A stretch of DNA of 63,440 bases, filler included, from Clostridia bacterium (GTDB taxonomy: Bacteria; CBDUZB01; JAGLHV01): NCBI GenBank assembly GCA_030637025.1. It is 6 parts of 6 records of this genome, joined end to end, with 100 filler letters (N's around TTAATTAATTAA, not from the genome) between each part and the next. Parts side by side here need not be neighbours in the genome. Positions count along the whole stretch, not along the records: positions 38,268 to 53,590 come from DAOVVV010000046.1; positions 53,691 to 61,691 come from DAOVVV010000060.1; 4 more parts are not named here. The stretch is one strand, 5' to 3'. A model generated the notes under the pieces. The model made no database searches and was not told where the DNA came from. It saw only the letters and a program-made list of their open reading frames with translations. A program made the position numbers and the translations under genes. Positions within the stretch are counted from its first letter, which is position 1. Each line of letters opens with the position of its first letter. Below, piece by piece: positions 46,669 to 56,281 of this stretch.

Positions 46669-47663
46669 TAAAAACAAGAAAGAAAATTATAATACTTTCC
46701 GTTTTAATGTACGCTTTTAGCTTAAGGGCAATAGTTTGTTTTGCTGATGATAGCCGGGGAACAATCAGCGGGTTTTCTCTGCGGCAGGCAGTAGGGGCAA
46801 GATCGTTTGGTATGGGAGAAGCTTATGTGGCGATCAGCGATGATCTCGATGCTTTGTTTAGTAATCCTGCCGGGTTGGCGGTTGTTCAGAAGAAAGGATT
46901 GACCGCAATGTATTTTAAAGGATTAGCTGATATTCAGACAGGGTTTATAGGCTATGTTTTACCATTGAAAAAGGAAAAAGAAAGCAGTTTAGCCATAGGA
47001 CTTCTTTCTTTGCACGGGGGAATAATTAAAATAAATTCTTCAGACGGAAGTTCTCATTCGTTTAATGCACAACAGGATTATATAGGGATGTTATCTTATG
47101 CTCGAGACCTTTACGGTGGTTTTTTAGTAGGAGGAAATGTGAAATTGCTCCGGTCTACACTGGTAGAAGAATATACAGCCCAGGCAGTATGCGTAGATTT
47201 AGGGGTAATGTATAGATTTATGGAAAAAAATTTAAATATTGGTTTTTCTTTACAAAATTTAGGTACAGGAATAAAATATATTCAGGAAAAAGACAGTTTA
47301 CCTCTTACTTTTAAAGGGGGAATAGCGTATAAGTTAAATTTTGAAAAAGAGGATTACACTCTAAGTTTTTTTGATGAAGCACCCGCAAGGAGTAATACCT
47401 TTCCGGGGTGGATTTTTTCTCTGGAAGTGGAGAAACCAAAGGAAACAGAGTTTAAAGGGAAAATGGGATTTGAATATGGGAAATACTGGAAAGGAAATAG
47501 ATATTTATTAAGAGGTGGGTATAAATTAGGATATACCCCTGATACTTATACTTGCGGGATAGGATGTGAGTTTAAAGAATTTCAGTTTGATTATGCAATT
47601 GGATTAATGAACGATTCAGATTTCTTACATAAGGTTTCGTTTACTCTGCGATTTTTTACTTAA
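46665..47663 (+). CDS. PorV/PorQ family outer-membrane beta-barrel
   Basis: GARSFGMGEAYVA, NPAGL, DLG, QNLG, C-terminal F-rich strand. Confidence 0.85.
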   Translation: MIKTRKKIIILSVLMYAFSLRAIVCFADDSRGTISGFSLRQAVGARSFGMGEAYVAISDDLDALFSNPAGLAVVQKKGLTAMYFKGLADIQTGFIGYVLPLKKEKESSLAIGLLSLHGGIIKINSSDGSSHSFNAQQDYIGMLSYARDLYGGFLVGGNVKLLRSTLVEEYTAQAVCVDLGVMYRFMEKNLNIGFSLQNLGTGIKYIQEKDSLPLTFKGGIAYKLNFEKEDYTLSFFDEAPARSNTFPGWIFSLEVEKPKETEFKGKMGFEYGKYWKGNRYLLRGGYKLGYTPDTYTCGIGCEFKEFQFDYAIGLMNDSDFLHKVSFTLRFFT

Positions 47664-47738
47664 TGAAAGCCGGAATTAAATATTACTTAGGAAATAAAAA
47701 TAATTTTAAACACAATTTAACATAAGAGGAGAACTTTT

Positions 47739-48215
47739 ATGCCGAAGATATTAATTATTTATTTTTCTCAATCGGGAAATACTCAAAAAATGGCAAAATT
47801 AATAGAAGAAGGGGTAACTGGGGAAGGGGTTGAGGTAGAATTAAAAGAAGTAAAAAAAGCAAAAATAGAAGATTTGCTCAAAGCAGATGGAATAATTGTG
47901 GGGTCTCCTACTTATTATGGAACTATGGCCGCGGAGATAAAAGATTTTTTTGATAAAAGTGTAAAACTACACGGAAAACTGGAAGGAAAAGTTGGAGCGG
48001 CATTTTCTTCCAGCCATAATGTGGGTGGGGGAAACGAGACGACAATTATGGATATATTAAAGGTGTTTTTGATACATGGAATGATTATTGAAGGTAATCC
48101 TAAAGGAGATCATTATGGAACAGTGGCAATTGCGGCACCGGATGAGAGAAGTTGTAATCAGTGCAAACAGCAAGGACAAAGAGCAGCTAAATTGGTAAAA
48201 AAACTTAATTTATAA
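47739..48215 (+). CDS. WrbA-like flavodoxin-fold oxidoreductase
   Basis: YFSQSGNT, GSPTYYG, GKVGAAF, GGGNE. Confidence 0.88.
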   Translation: MPKILIIYFSQSGNTQKMAKLIEEGVTGEGVEVELKEVKKAKIEDLLKADGIIVGSPTYYGTMAAEIKDFFDKSVKLHGKLEGKVGAAFSSSHNVGGGNETTIMDILKVFLIHGMIIEGNPKGDHYGTVAIAAPDERSCNQCKQQGQRAAKLVKKLNL

Positions 48216-48242
48216 AAAAAAGGAAAGGGAGTAAAAGAAAGA

Positions 48243-48737
48243 ATGAAATTACTATGGGCTCCCTGGCGAATGAAATACATTCGGGGGAAAAAATTGAAAA
48301 AATGTGTTTTCTGCAAAAAAATAAACGAAAATCAAGATGAAGCTAATTATATTCTTTTCCGAAAAAAAAATTGTTTTGTTATTTTAAATACATTTCCTTA
48401 TAATAACGGACATTTGATGGTTATACCCAATGAACATTTGGCAGAAATAGAAGACCTGGAAAAAGAAGTTTTTAATGAATTAATGCATACAGTGAAAGAA
48501 AGTGTAAGCTTATTAAAGAAAGCTTTTAGCCCGGAAGGTTTTAATATTGGAATAAATATGGGAAAAATCGCCGGGGCGGGAATAGAAAAACATTTTCATA
48601 TTCATATCATTCCCCGATGGCAGGGGGATACTAATTTTATGCCTACGATTGCTCAAACAAAAGTAATTTCTGAAGCACTTAGGGAAACCTATAATAAATT
48701 AAAAAAAACTTACCTTTCAGAAAAGAACACAAAATAA
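48243..48737 (+). CDS. HIT family hydrolase
   Basis: LWAPWR, NTFPYNNGH, HFHIHIIPR. Confidence 0.93.
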   Translation: MKLLWAPWRMKYIRGKKLKKCVFCKKINENQDEANYILFRKKNCFVILNTFPYNNGHLMVIPNEHLAEIEDLEKEVFNELMHTVKESVSLLKKAFSPEGFNIGINMGKIAGAGIEKHFHIHIIPRWQGDTNFMPTIAQTKVISEALRETYNKLKKTYLSEKNTK

Positions 48738-48796
48738 AAATAATTTTTATTTATCACTAAATTTGTTTAATAGAAATGTTATGGCAGGTAATTTAC

Positions 48797-49264
48797 CTAG
48801 TAAATAATTTCATTGGGCTTAAACCATAATTTTATTTCCCGTTTAGCTTCTTCTTCATTGCTGGAAGCATGAATGACATTTTCATAAACACCCTTGGTGG
48901 TAATACGGCCGTAAGATCCGCGAATAGTAGTAGGTCCGGCTTCTTCCGGATTAGTTGCTCCGGCGATTTGTCGTACCTTTTTAATAGCATTTTTTCCCTG
49001 ATAAACCAGAGCTAAAATTTTTTCCTTTTTATGTATTTTACCCTGGAGATACTTAATTAATTCCGGATAAAAGGGTTTTCCTTTTAAGTGTTTATAATGT
49101 TCTTCGGCTAATTTGCGGGATACTTTTACTACCCGTGTTCCTACAATATTTAATTTTGTTTCTGAAAGCCGGGTAAGAATGTTTCCTGTTAATGATTTTT
49201 TTAAACCATCCGGTTTAATCAGTACTAATGTTTGCTGGTCGGACAAACCTTTTTTGTTAGACAT
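48797..49264 (-). CDS. ndk: Nucleoside diphosphate kinase
   Basis: LIKPDG, GATNP, TIRG, NVIHAS. Confidence 0.96.
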   Translation of the reverse strand: MSNKKGLSDQQTLVLIKPDGLKKSLTGNILTRLSETKLNIVGTRVVKVSRKLAEEHYKHLKGKPFYPELIKYLQGKIHKKEKILALVYQGKNAIKKVRQIAGATNPEEAGPTTIRGSYGRITTKGVYENVIHASSNEEEAKREIKLWFKPNEIIY

Positions 49265-49445
49265 TGTTTAGTTCCTTTTTTATATTTTTACTCTACCTGA
49301 TTAAAACAAAAAAAAATATATTTGTCAAGCAAAAGATACTTTTTAAAATTTATACTTGCCTTTTGGCTAAGGTTAGATATATACTTTATAAGAGGACAGT
49401 GATTTAAAAAAAATTATTATGTGAATAGTGGGAGAAAATTAGTTT

Positions 49446-49922
49446 ATGAAACATTCGTTAAAGACAGGCCTCAGTTTTGGATTATCATCAGGGGTAATTA
49501 CTACTCTGGGATTAATTATAGGATTACATGCCAGCACAAATTCTAAGTCTGTTGTTATGGGAGCAATTATTATAATGGCTATATCGGATGCTTTTTCAGA
49601 TGCTATGGGTATTCATTTTTCGGAAGAATCAGAAAATAAACATTGTGAGAAAGAAATTTGGGAGGCAACCGTTGCTACTTTTTTTTGCAAATTTATTTTT
49701 GCTATGTCTTTTATTATTCCGGTTTTATTTTTGAATCTTTTTTCGGCTATTGTGGCAAGTATAATCTGGGGAATATTTTTGCTCATTGTGTTTAGTTCCT
49801 ATTTAGCCAGAGAACAGAAAATAAGTCCTAAAGGAGTAATTATAGAACATTTGATGATTGTTTTGATTGTAATAATTTTAACCCATAATATTGGTGTGTG
49901 GGTAGGGAAAGTAATTAAATAA
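49446..49922 (+). CDS. VIT1/CCC1-like membrane protein
   Basis: FGLSSGVITTLG, ISDAFSDAMGIHFSEE. Confidence 0.7.
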   Translation: MKHSLKTGLSFGLSSGVITTLGLIIGLHASTNSKSVVMGAIIIMAISDAFSDAMGIHFSEESENKHCEKEIWEATVATFFCKFIFAMSFIIPVLFLNLFSAIVASIIWGIFLLIVFSSYLAREQKISPKGVIIEHLMIVLIVIILTHNIGVWVGKVIK

Positions 49923-49932
49923 GGAAACTCAA

Positions 49933-50994
49933 ATGAAGATAATGCATACAGCAGATTTGCATTTAAGAAATTATGAAGATGAACGGTGGAGAACACTGGA
50001 AACTTTAGTCGGTATCGGAAAAAAAGTTAAAATAGATGTGCTGGTTATTAGCGGGGATCTTTTTGATAAAAATATTGATGCGGAAAATCTCCGTCCGAAA
50101 ATAAGAGAGATTTTCTCCGATAATGGTTTTAAAATAGTATTAATTTGTGGAAATCATGACCGGTCAGCATATGAACCCGGATTGGATTTTGGTAAAGAGG
50201 TGGTTATTATATCTGATTTAATGCATCCCTTTCAGTATAAAGAGCTAAAAATATGGGGAATGCCCTTTATGCAAATAGAAAAAGAAGAAATAATAGATAA
50301 AATACATTCTTTAAAAAAGATGTTAAATTCCGGAGAAAAAAATATTTTACTTTATCACGGGGAATTACTGGATACTTTTTTTTCCAGAAGGGATTTTGGA
50401 GATGAAGGAGAAGAACGGTATATGCCGGTGAAGCTTTCCTATTTTAAAGGGTTAAAAATTGATTATATTCTGGCAGGCCATTTTCACTCCAGATTTGAAG
50501 TTAAAAGGTTGGAAAATCAGGGATATTTTGTTTATCCGGGGTCGCCGATAGCAATAACGAGAAAAGAAACGGGAATGAGAAAGGTTAATATTTTTGAAAT
50601 TGGAAAACCACCGCAGGAATATCTTTTGGATACGCTGCATTTCGAAGAAGTAGTTATCGAGTTTGATCCTTTTAAAGATAAAAAACCATTGGAAATTGTA
50701 GAAAAACATTTTAATGATTTGCATCTCCATGCCCGGGTGAAGTTAATAATTAAGGGTTTTATAAATAGTGAAACAGTTGGAATGAATGAAATAGAACTCA
50801 GAAGGCTGATAGATAAAATTATTGCCGGAAGAAGTATCGAGGCTTATTACGAGTTTAAAGATGTGCGGATGATTTTTGAAGATGAATTATTTAAAAATTT
50901 CACTAAAAAACTCAATAAAAGTAATTATTCGCCGAAGAAGAAAAAACAAATGTATAATATGGTAATAAAAGCAATAATGGAAGCGCGCTTATGA
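49933..50994 (+). CDS. Mre11/SbcD-like metallophosphoesterase (YhaO-like)
   Basis: HTADLH, SGDLFD, GNHD, AGHFH, YPGS. Confidence 0.9.
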   Translation: MKIMHTADLHLRNYEDERWRTLETLVGIGKKVKIDVLVISGDLFDKNIDAENLRPKIREIFSDNGFKIVLICGNHDRSAYEPGLDFGKEVVIISDLMHPFQYKELKIWGMPFMQIEKEEIIDKIHSLKKMLNSGEKNILLYHGELLDTFFSRRDFGDEGEERYMPVKLSYFKGLKIDYILAGHFHSRFEVKRLENQGYFVYPGSPIAITRKETGMRKVNIFEIGKPPQEYLLDTLHFEEVVIEFDPFKDKKPLEIVEKHFNDLHLHARVKLIIKGFINSETVGMNEIELRRLIDKIIAGRSIEAYYEFKDVRMIFEDELFKNFTKKLNKSNYSPKKKKQMYNMVIKAIMEARL

Positions 50995-53306
50995 AAATAA
51001 AAGAGTTTTCAATAATCCGATATGGGGTTTTATCCGACTGTGGAATAATTAAATTGGATAATTTTAATTTATTTTTCGGCAGAAATGAAAAAGGGAAAAG
51101 TCTTACTATAGATGCTTTGGTAAAGTTGTTACTCAAGCGAAATGTTAAAAACTTTGAAACCATAGAACGGGTGGAAGAAAATCCGGAAGGGTATGTAATT
51201 ATAGAGGATAATAAAAGAAAAGAATTTAAACTGCCGGAGAAGGGAAATTTAATAAAAATAGCCGGGTTAACTTCGTCTGAATGCCGCAATGTTTTTATTA
51301 TCAGAAACAGCGATTTATCAATTAATGCGGAAGCAGAATTTTATACTAATGTAACCGACCGGCTTACCGGCTTAAAAACGGAAGAGATAACTAAAATAAA
51401 AGAAATCTTGAAAGATTTAGGTAAGATAACCTCCGGCGGTGTTTTTCGTGATATTAAAGATGAAAAATTAAAAACTAAAATAGAAAAAGCAAGAGACTTA
51501 ATGGAAAAAATTACAGAGTTAACGGAAGAAATGAAAAAGGAAAAAATAAACGAACTGGAGGAAAGGTATACTCAATACCGGGAAAAACTGGAGAGAAACA
51601 AGTATCATAGCAAAAAGATGGAAGACGCAAGAAAAAGAGAAAAATTTGAAAAAGGAAGACAGTCTCTAATTGGGTTAACCTCAAGTTTAATAAAGTCAAA
51701 AGAGTTAGAGTTGTTTAGTGAAGAAGATGAAAAATTTTGGGAAAAGAATGAAGAAAAAATAAAGTTTTATAAGGAAGAAAGAGAGAAAATATTTATAGAC
51801 CTTACTAATAAAGAAAAAGAATTAAGAGAAATAAAAAAAGAATTGAAAGAGAAAGAACATGAGTTTTATATTTGGGAAGGAAGAAAAAAAATAATAGAAA
51901 ATGAAATCAAACCCCGGATAAATAACTACGAAATGAAAAATCGGGAATTAGCGTTAAAAAAAGGACAAAATAAATTCTATACTTTTGCCGGGATAACGGT
52001 AATGATTTTTGCCGGAATATGTTTAATGGGAATTATCGTTAATCCCGGAGAGTTGCTTTATGGATTAACAATAATTTTTTCTATACTAACCCTTTTTTTT
52101 GGAGGATTAAAATTTTTATTTGTCAGGGAAAAAGGACGCCTGGCAGAAATGTTTGAAAAAATAAGGTTAACAAGTATAAGATTTAAATTAGATGCAGAAA
52201 AGGTAGAAGAAATTATTAATAATATTAAACAATTTGAAGACGATTTTTTTATAAAAGTAGATGGCTTTAAAAGAGTAAAGTTAGAAAAAGAAAGGGTAGA
52301 AATAAGAATTAAAGAGTTAAAAGAGGAACAGGTTTTAGGAATGGAGGAAAAAATAAAAAATTGTGAGAAAAAAATTGAGGGAATAAAAATAAAATCGGGA
52401 AAACATGTGTTTCAAAAATATACGGAAAGAATTAAAGTAAAACGGGAACAAATAAGGGTGCAGGGCGAACAAATAAGTATTTTAGAAAATCTTTTTGGAG
52501 TGAAGGGAAAGAAAATATCGGATTTGAAGGAAAAAATTGATTATTGGCAGGGAGAGATTGTAGGCCTGGAAGGGTATAAAGATCAAGCCAAAGATATAGA
52601 ATACGATGAAAAAACTGTTTCCGGATTAAAAGAAGAAAGAAGTTTAGATGAAGAAAAGATCAATAAATTACAACAGAAATTTACACAGTTCCAAAAAAGA
52701 TTAGAAGAGATAGAACGAGAGACAAATAAAATTTTGCAATTAGAGGCAGATTATTTGTTCTGCAGGACATCGGTCGATTTAAATGCGGTAAGAAATAAAA
52801 TGCACGAATTCATTGAAGAAAAAGAAAATAAAAAGGACGGTGTTTTAAAAAGCATAAAAATTTTTGAAGAAATAGAAATGGAAGAAAGAGAAAAAGTTTC
52901 TTTTCTTTTCGGGGAAAAGAGTGATATTTCCAAGTATTTCAGGCGAATAACCGATGGCCGTTATGAAGAGGTGATTTTTAATCTGGAGACAGGAAAAATA
53001 AAAGTTAAAAGGAATGATAAAGTGCTTTTATCACCGGAAAAATTATCCGGAGGCGCCTATGACCAATTATATTTTTCTATTCGGCTTGCCCTGGGAGAAA
53101 AACTACTGAAAGGGAATAAAGGTTTTTTTATTATGGATGATCCTTTTATAAAAGCGGATAGTAACAGGCTAAAAGTGCAATTGGAAATGTTGAAAGAAAT
53201 TTCTAAGTGGGGATGGCAATGCCTGTATTTTACTGCAAAAGAGGAAGTCAGGGATTTTTTTAAAAAAGATATACATTCCTGTCTAATAAATTATTTTGAA
53301 GTTTAA
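50991..53306 (+). CDS. SMC-like coiled-coil ATPase with internal TMs (YhaN-like)
   Basis: GRNEKGKS, LSGG, IMDDPF. Confidence 0.88.
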   Translation: MKIKEFSIIRYGVLSDCGIIKLDNFNLFFGRNEKGKSLTIDALVKLLLKRNVKNFETIERVEENPEGYVIIEDNKRKEFKLPEKGNLIKIAGLTSSECRNVFIIRNSDLSINAEAEFYTNVTDRLTGLKTEEITKIKEILKDLGKITSGGVFRDIKDEKLKTKIEKARDLMEKITELTEEMKKEKINELEERYTQYREKLERNKYHSKKMEDARKREKFEKGRQSLIGLTSSLIKSKELELFSEEDEKFWEKNEEKIKFYKEEREKIFIDLTNKEKELREIKKELKEKEHEFYIWEGRKKIIENEIKPRINNYEMKNRELALKKGQNKFYTFAGITVMIFAGICLMGIIVNPGELLYGLTIIFSILTLFFGGLKFLFVREKGRLAEMFEKIRLTSIRFKLDAEKVEEIINNIKQFEDDFFIKVDGFKRVKLEKERVEIRIKELKEEQVLGMEEKIKNCEKKIEGIKIKSGKHVFQKYTERIKVKREQIRVQGEQISILENLFGVKGKKISDLKEKIDYWQGEIVGLEGYKDQAKDIEYDEKTVSGLKEERSLDEEKINKLQQKFTQFQKRLEEIERETNKILQLEADYLFCRTSVDLNAVRNKMHEFIEEKENKKDGVLKSIKIFEEIEMEEREKVSFLFGEKSDISKYFRRITDGRYEEVIFNLETGKIKVKRNDKVLLSPEKLSGGAYDQLYFSIRLALGEKLLKGNKGFFIMDDPFIKADSNRLKVQLEMLKEISKWGWQCLYFTAKEEVRDFFKKDIHSCLINYFEV

Positions 53307-53389
53307 AATAAAAAATCATAAAGTACATGGTATTGAGTTGAGAACGCTTGCTATGGGGAGAAGTCATTATAATTGTTAAGGGGTAAAGA

Positions 53390-53590
53390 ATGAAGAGCAA
53401 AGAGATTTTTTCAGAAATAGTACTAAATAACGCAAATCGGGAAGGAAGAATTTTAGCTAAATATGCCTGTAAGAGCAAAAACGGAATAAGAAAATTTCCC
53501 GAAAAAGAAAAAATTATCGAGAGAAGAAATATTCGGCCGATTTTTTTTCATGATACGGATAAGATTATTCATTCCCGTGCTTATTCCAGA
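53390..53590 (+). CDS. dGTPase-like HD protein, N-terminal fragment
   Basis: RPIFFHDTDKIIHSRAYSR. Confidence 0.8.
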
Positions 53591-53690
53591 NNNNNNNNNN
53601 NNNNNNNNNNNNNNNNNNNNNNNNNNNNNNNNNNTTAATTAATTAANNNNNNNNNNNNNNNNNNNNNNNNNNNNNNNNNNNNNNNNNNNN
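53591..53690. other. Artificial contig linker
   Basis: N-TTAATTAATTAA-N. Confidence 0.99.
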
Positions 53691-53762
53691 AGCTAATTCC
53701 TGTACTAAATTTCCACCAATAAACCCGGTAGCCCCGGTAACTAAAACATTCATCTTTCCCAC
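53691..53762 (-). CDS. Extended SDR epimerase, N-terminal fragment (paralogue of 31889)
   Basis: (V)GKMNVLVTGATGFIGGNLVQELA. Confidence 0.85.
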
Positions 53763-53777
53763 CTGTTTTTAAAAAAT

Positions 53778-53841
53778 TGTAGTTGCCTCATTTATGAGGC
53801 ATCATTATTATCCGTTCCGCCCAATAAATTGGGCAACTACA
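53778..53841. repeat. GTAG-tagged REP doublet
   Basis: TGTAGTTGCCTCATTTATGAGGC ... GCCCAATAAATTGGGCAACTACA. Confidence 0.82.
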
Positions 53842-53937
53842 TTGATCACTTCACAGTAATGACCCGTCTTATCCGCCAGTTTGTAAAGCGGAGCGGACAA
53901 GTAATAAAGGTAAAAAAGCGATTTTTCAAAAGTCTAT

Positions 53938-55443
53938 TTATAAATAAAGGTCCCTTTCTCCTGCTTTAATCTTTTCATAATATTCCATAAGCTTAGGATA
54001 AAAAGTCGGGAGCGCTTTCTTAATTTCTTCTATCTCTTTATTAATAATTGCCTCACCGGCAACTTTGGTTTCCTCGCTGGCAAAATCATCAAGCCACTCC
54101 CGAAAAGTAAGAACGGCATTTAATTTACAAAACCTTCCTTCTTTTCCTGTTCTTAAAAGGTTCATAATCTTATCCCCTGTTCTTCCACATCTATACCCGG
54201 CAGTACAAAAGGAAGTAATATACCCTTTTTCGGCTAACTCTTTGATTACCTCATCTAAACTTCTGGTATCCCCCAGAATAAACTGCTGCCTCTCTCCTTC
54301 CTGGCTGGTATAGCGGTCACTATAAGCCCCTATTCCAATACGGGTAGATGCATCCATCTGTGTACACCCCAAAGCCAACACTTCTCTCCGCATTTGAGCT
54401 GATTCCCGGGCAGTAAGAATCATTCCGGTATAAGGAACTGCCAATCTAATTACTGTAATTAATTTTTTAAAATCATCATCACTTACTTTATATCCTGTCT
54501 GTTTATTAAAGGGAGTATTAGCCGCCGGTTCCAGTCGGGGAAAAGAAATAGTATGCGGCCCTACGCCAAACTTTTTTTCTAATTCCCGGGCATGATACAA
54601 CAAACCCATTGCTTCAAACTTCCAATCATATAAACCAAAAAGAACACCTATACCCACATCATCTATCCCTGCTTCCATAGCCCGGTGCATACAATAAAGC
54701 CGCCAGTTATAATCTGCTTTTATCGTTCCCACCGGATGTACTTTCCGGTAAGTCTGATGATGGTACGTTTCCTGAAATACCTGAAAAGTACCCAGGCCTA
54801 CTTTTTTCAATTCTTTGAGCTTTTCGATAGATAAAGGAGCAGCATTGACATTCACCCGTCGTATTTGACTACAACCTCTTTTTGTTTTTTCCTTAACGCT
54901 ATAAATAGCTTTAATGGTTTCCATCATATAATCAACGTCTGTTTGAGGGTGTTCACCATAAACAACAATCAAACGTTTGTGCCCTATTTTACCGGTTAGT
55001 ACCTGAGTTTCTTTTTTGACCTCTTCCAAATTAAGCTTTCTTCTTTTTACTGCAGTATTATCTTTTCTAAAAGCACAATAAAGGCAATTATTGACACAAA
55101 GATTACTTAAATAAAGAGGAGCGAAAGTTACGATTCGGTTATCGTAAACTTTTTTCTTAATTACCGATGCAACCTCTTTCATTTCCTGCCATAATTGTTC
55201 ATCTTCTACATTTAAAAGAGCCGCTGTCTCCTCCGGAGTTAAAGTTTGAATGGCTAATGACTTTTGTAAAATGTCTCTTACTTTTTTAGCATCTGTATTT
55301 TTTTCAACCTGTAATTTTTCCACAATTTCTTCTTCATTAATAAAATCTTTTCCCTCATTTAAATACTTTTCATATTCGTCCTTTTTTATTTTATTTTGTC
55401 TCCACTCCTGATAATCAACCAATGTTTTATTCATTTTTTTCAC
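53938..55443 (-). CDS. hydG: [FeFe]-hydrogenase maturase HydG (copy 2)
   Basis: FAPLYLSNLCVNNCLYC, FQETYH, GPHTISFPR, CX5CX19C. Confidence 0.96.
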   Translation of the reverse strand: MKKMNKTLVDYQEWRQNKIKKDEYEKYLNEGKDFINEEEIVEKLQVEKNTDAKKVRDILQKSLAIQTLTPEETAALLNVEDEQLWQEMKEVASVIKKKVYDNRIVTFAPLYLSNLCVNNCLYCAFRKDNTAVKRRKLNLEEVKKETQVLTGKIGHKRLIVVYGEHPQTDVDYMMETIKAIYSVKEKTKRGCSQIRRVNVNAAPLSIEKLKELKKVGLGTFQVFQETYHHQTYRKVHPVGTIKADYNWRLYCMHRAMEAGIDDVGIGVLFGLYDWKFEAMGLLYHARELEKKFGVGPHTISFPRLEPAANTPFNKQTGYKVSDDDFKKLITVIRLAVPYTGMILTARESAQMRREVLALGCTQMDASTRIGIGAYSDRYTSQEGERQQFILGDTRSLDEVIKELAEKGYITSFCTAGYRCGRTGDKIMNLLRTGKEGRFCKLNAVLTFREWLDDFASEETKVAGEAIINKEIEEIKKALPTFYPKLMEYYEKIKAGERDLYL

Positions 55444-55486
55444 CTCGTTTTAAATTTTTTTTATTATCGTTTCCAAATTTTTTATC

Positions 55487-55740
55487 TTATATTAAAATAA
55501 ATGCTTTTTCTTTATTCTGCCTGCCCGCCAATTTTCAAGGCGGATCATTCCTTTTTTCATCTTGTCATTCCTCTTTTTATTCTGTCATTCCTCTTTTTAT
55601 TCTGTCATTCCTGCGAAAGCAGGAATCCACTTTTCTGTCATTCCTGCCCCCTGCGGAAGCAGGGGTAAACTTGTCCCCGTGAAAACGGGGAGCAGGAATC
55701 CACTTTTCTGTCATTCCTGCGAAAGCAGGAATCCATAATC
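55487..55740. repeat. TGTC-REP module A: flank, three 20-bp tandem units, three REPs (one with nested hairpins)
   Basis: TGTCATTCCTGCGAAAGCAGGAATCCA at 55603 and 55709; interrupted copy at 55636-55702. Confidence 0.92.
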
Positions 55741-56026
55741 ATATCAAATCATAATATAAATCTTTCCATCCAGGATTAAATCTTTCAATTAATTCTATTT
55801 TCCACTCTCTTTTCCATTTTTTAATCCTTTTTTCGAGTTGAATAGCACTGTAACTATCATTGCTCTGCTCATAATATACTAACCTATGAATGTTATATCT
55901 CTTAGTAAATCCTTCTACAAAGTTTTGCTTATGTTCATATACTCTTTTTACAAGATTATTCGTAACCCCAAGATATAATGTCCCATTCTTTTTATTAGAT
56001 AATATATAAATATAATAATCTCTCAT
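55739..56026 (-). CDS. Small standalone GIY-YIG nuclease
   Basis: YYIYILS..NGTLYLGVTNNLVKRVYEH, AIQLEKRIKKWKREWK..LIE..NPGW. Confidence 0.93.
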   Translation of the reverse strand: MRDYYIYILSNKKNGTLYLGVTNNLVKRVYEHKQNFVEGFTKRYNIHRLVYYEQSNDSYSAIQLEKRIKKWKREWKIELIERFNPGWKDLYYDLI

Positions 56027-56039
56027 CTTCTTTTTCTTT

Positions 56040-56239
56040 TTATTCTGCCTGCCCGTAAGTTTTTAAGAAGGGTCATTCCTTTTTTCATTCTGTCATTCCT
56101 TTTTTCATTCTGTCATTCCTTTTTTCATTCTGTCATTCCTTTTTTCATTCTGTCATTCCTGCGAAAGCAGGAATCCACAATCCAAAATATTCTCAAAATA
56201 TCAATAGATTCCTGCTTTCGCAGGAATGACAACAACAGT
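56040..56239. repeat. TGTC-REP module B: four 20-bp units plus inverted REP doublet
   Basis: REPs at 56151-56177 and 56205-56231, 27-nt spacer. Confidence 0.92.
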
Positions 56240-56281
56240 GTTTTAGTATACTTTAATGCAATCCTACTTTTTCATCTTCTT

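Noticed and set aside
49933-53306. Nuclease plus SMC ATPase as a novel defence system
   Set aside because: Matches the widespread YhaO/YhaN (SbcD/SbcC-like) pair in housekeeping context.
54125-54215. HydG lacking the CX2CX22C motif
   Set aside because: It has the known CX5CX19C variant.
56073-56177. Tandem 20-bp arrays as CRISPR
   Set aside because: Units are contiguous and near-identical, with no unique spacers and no cas genes in the window.
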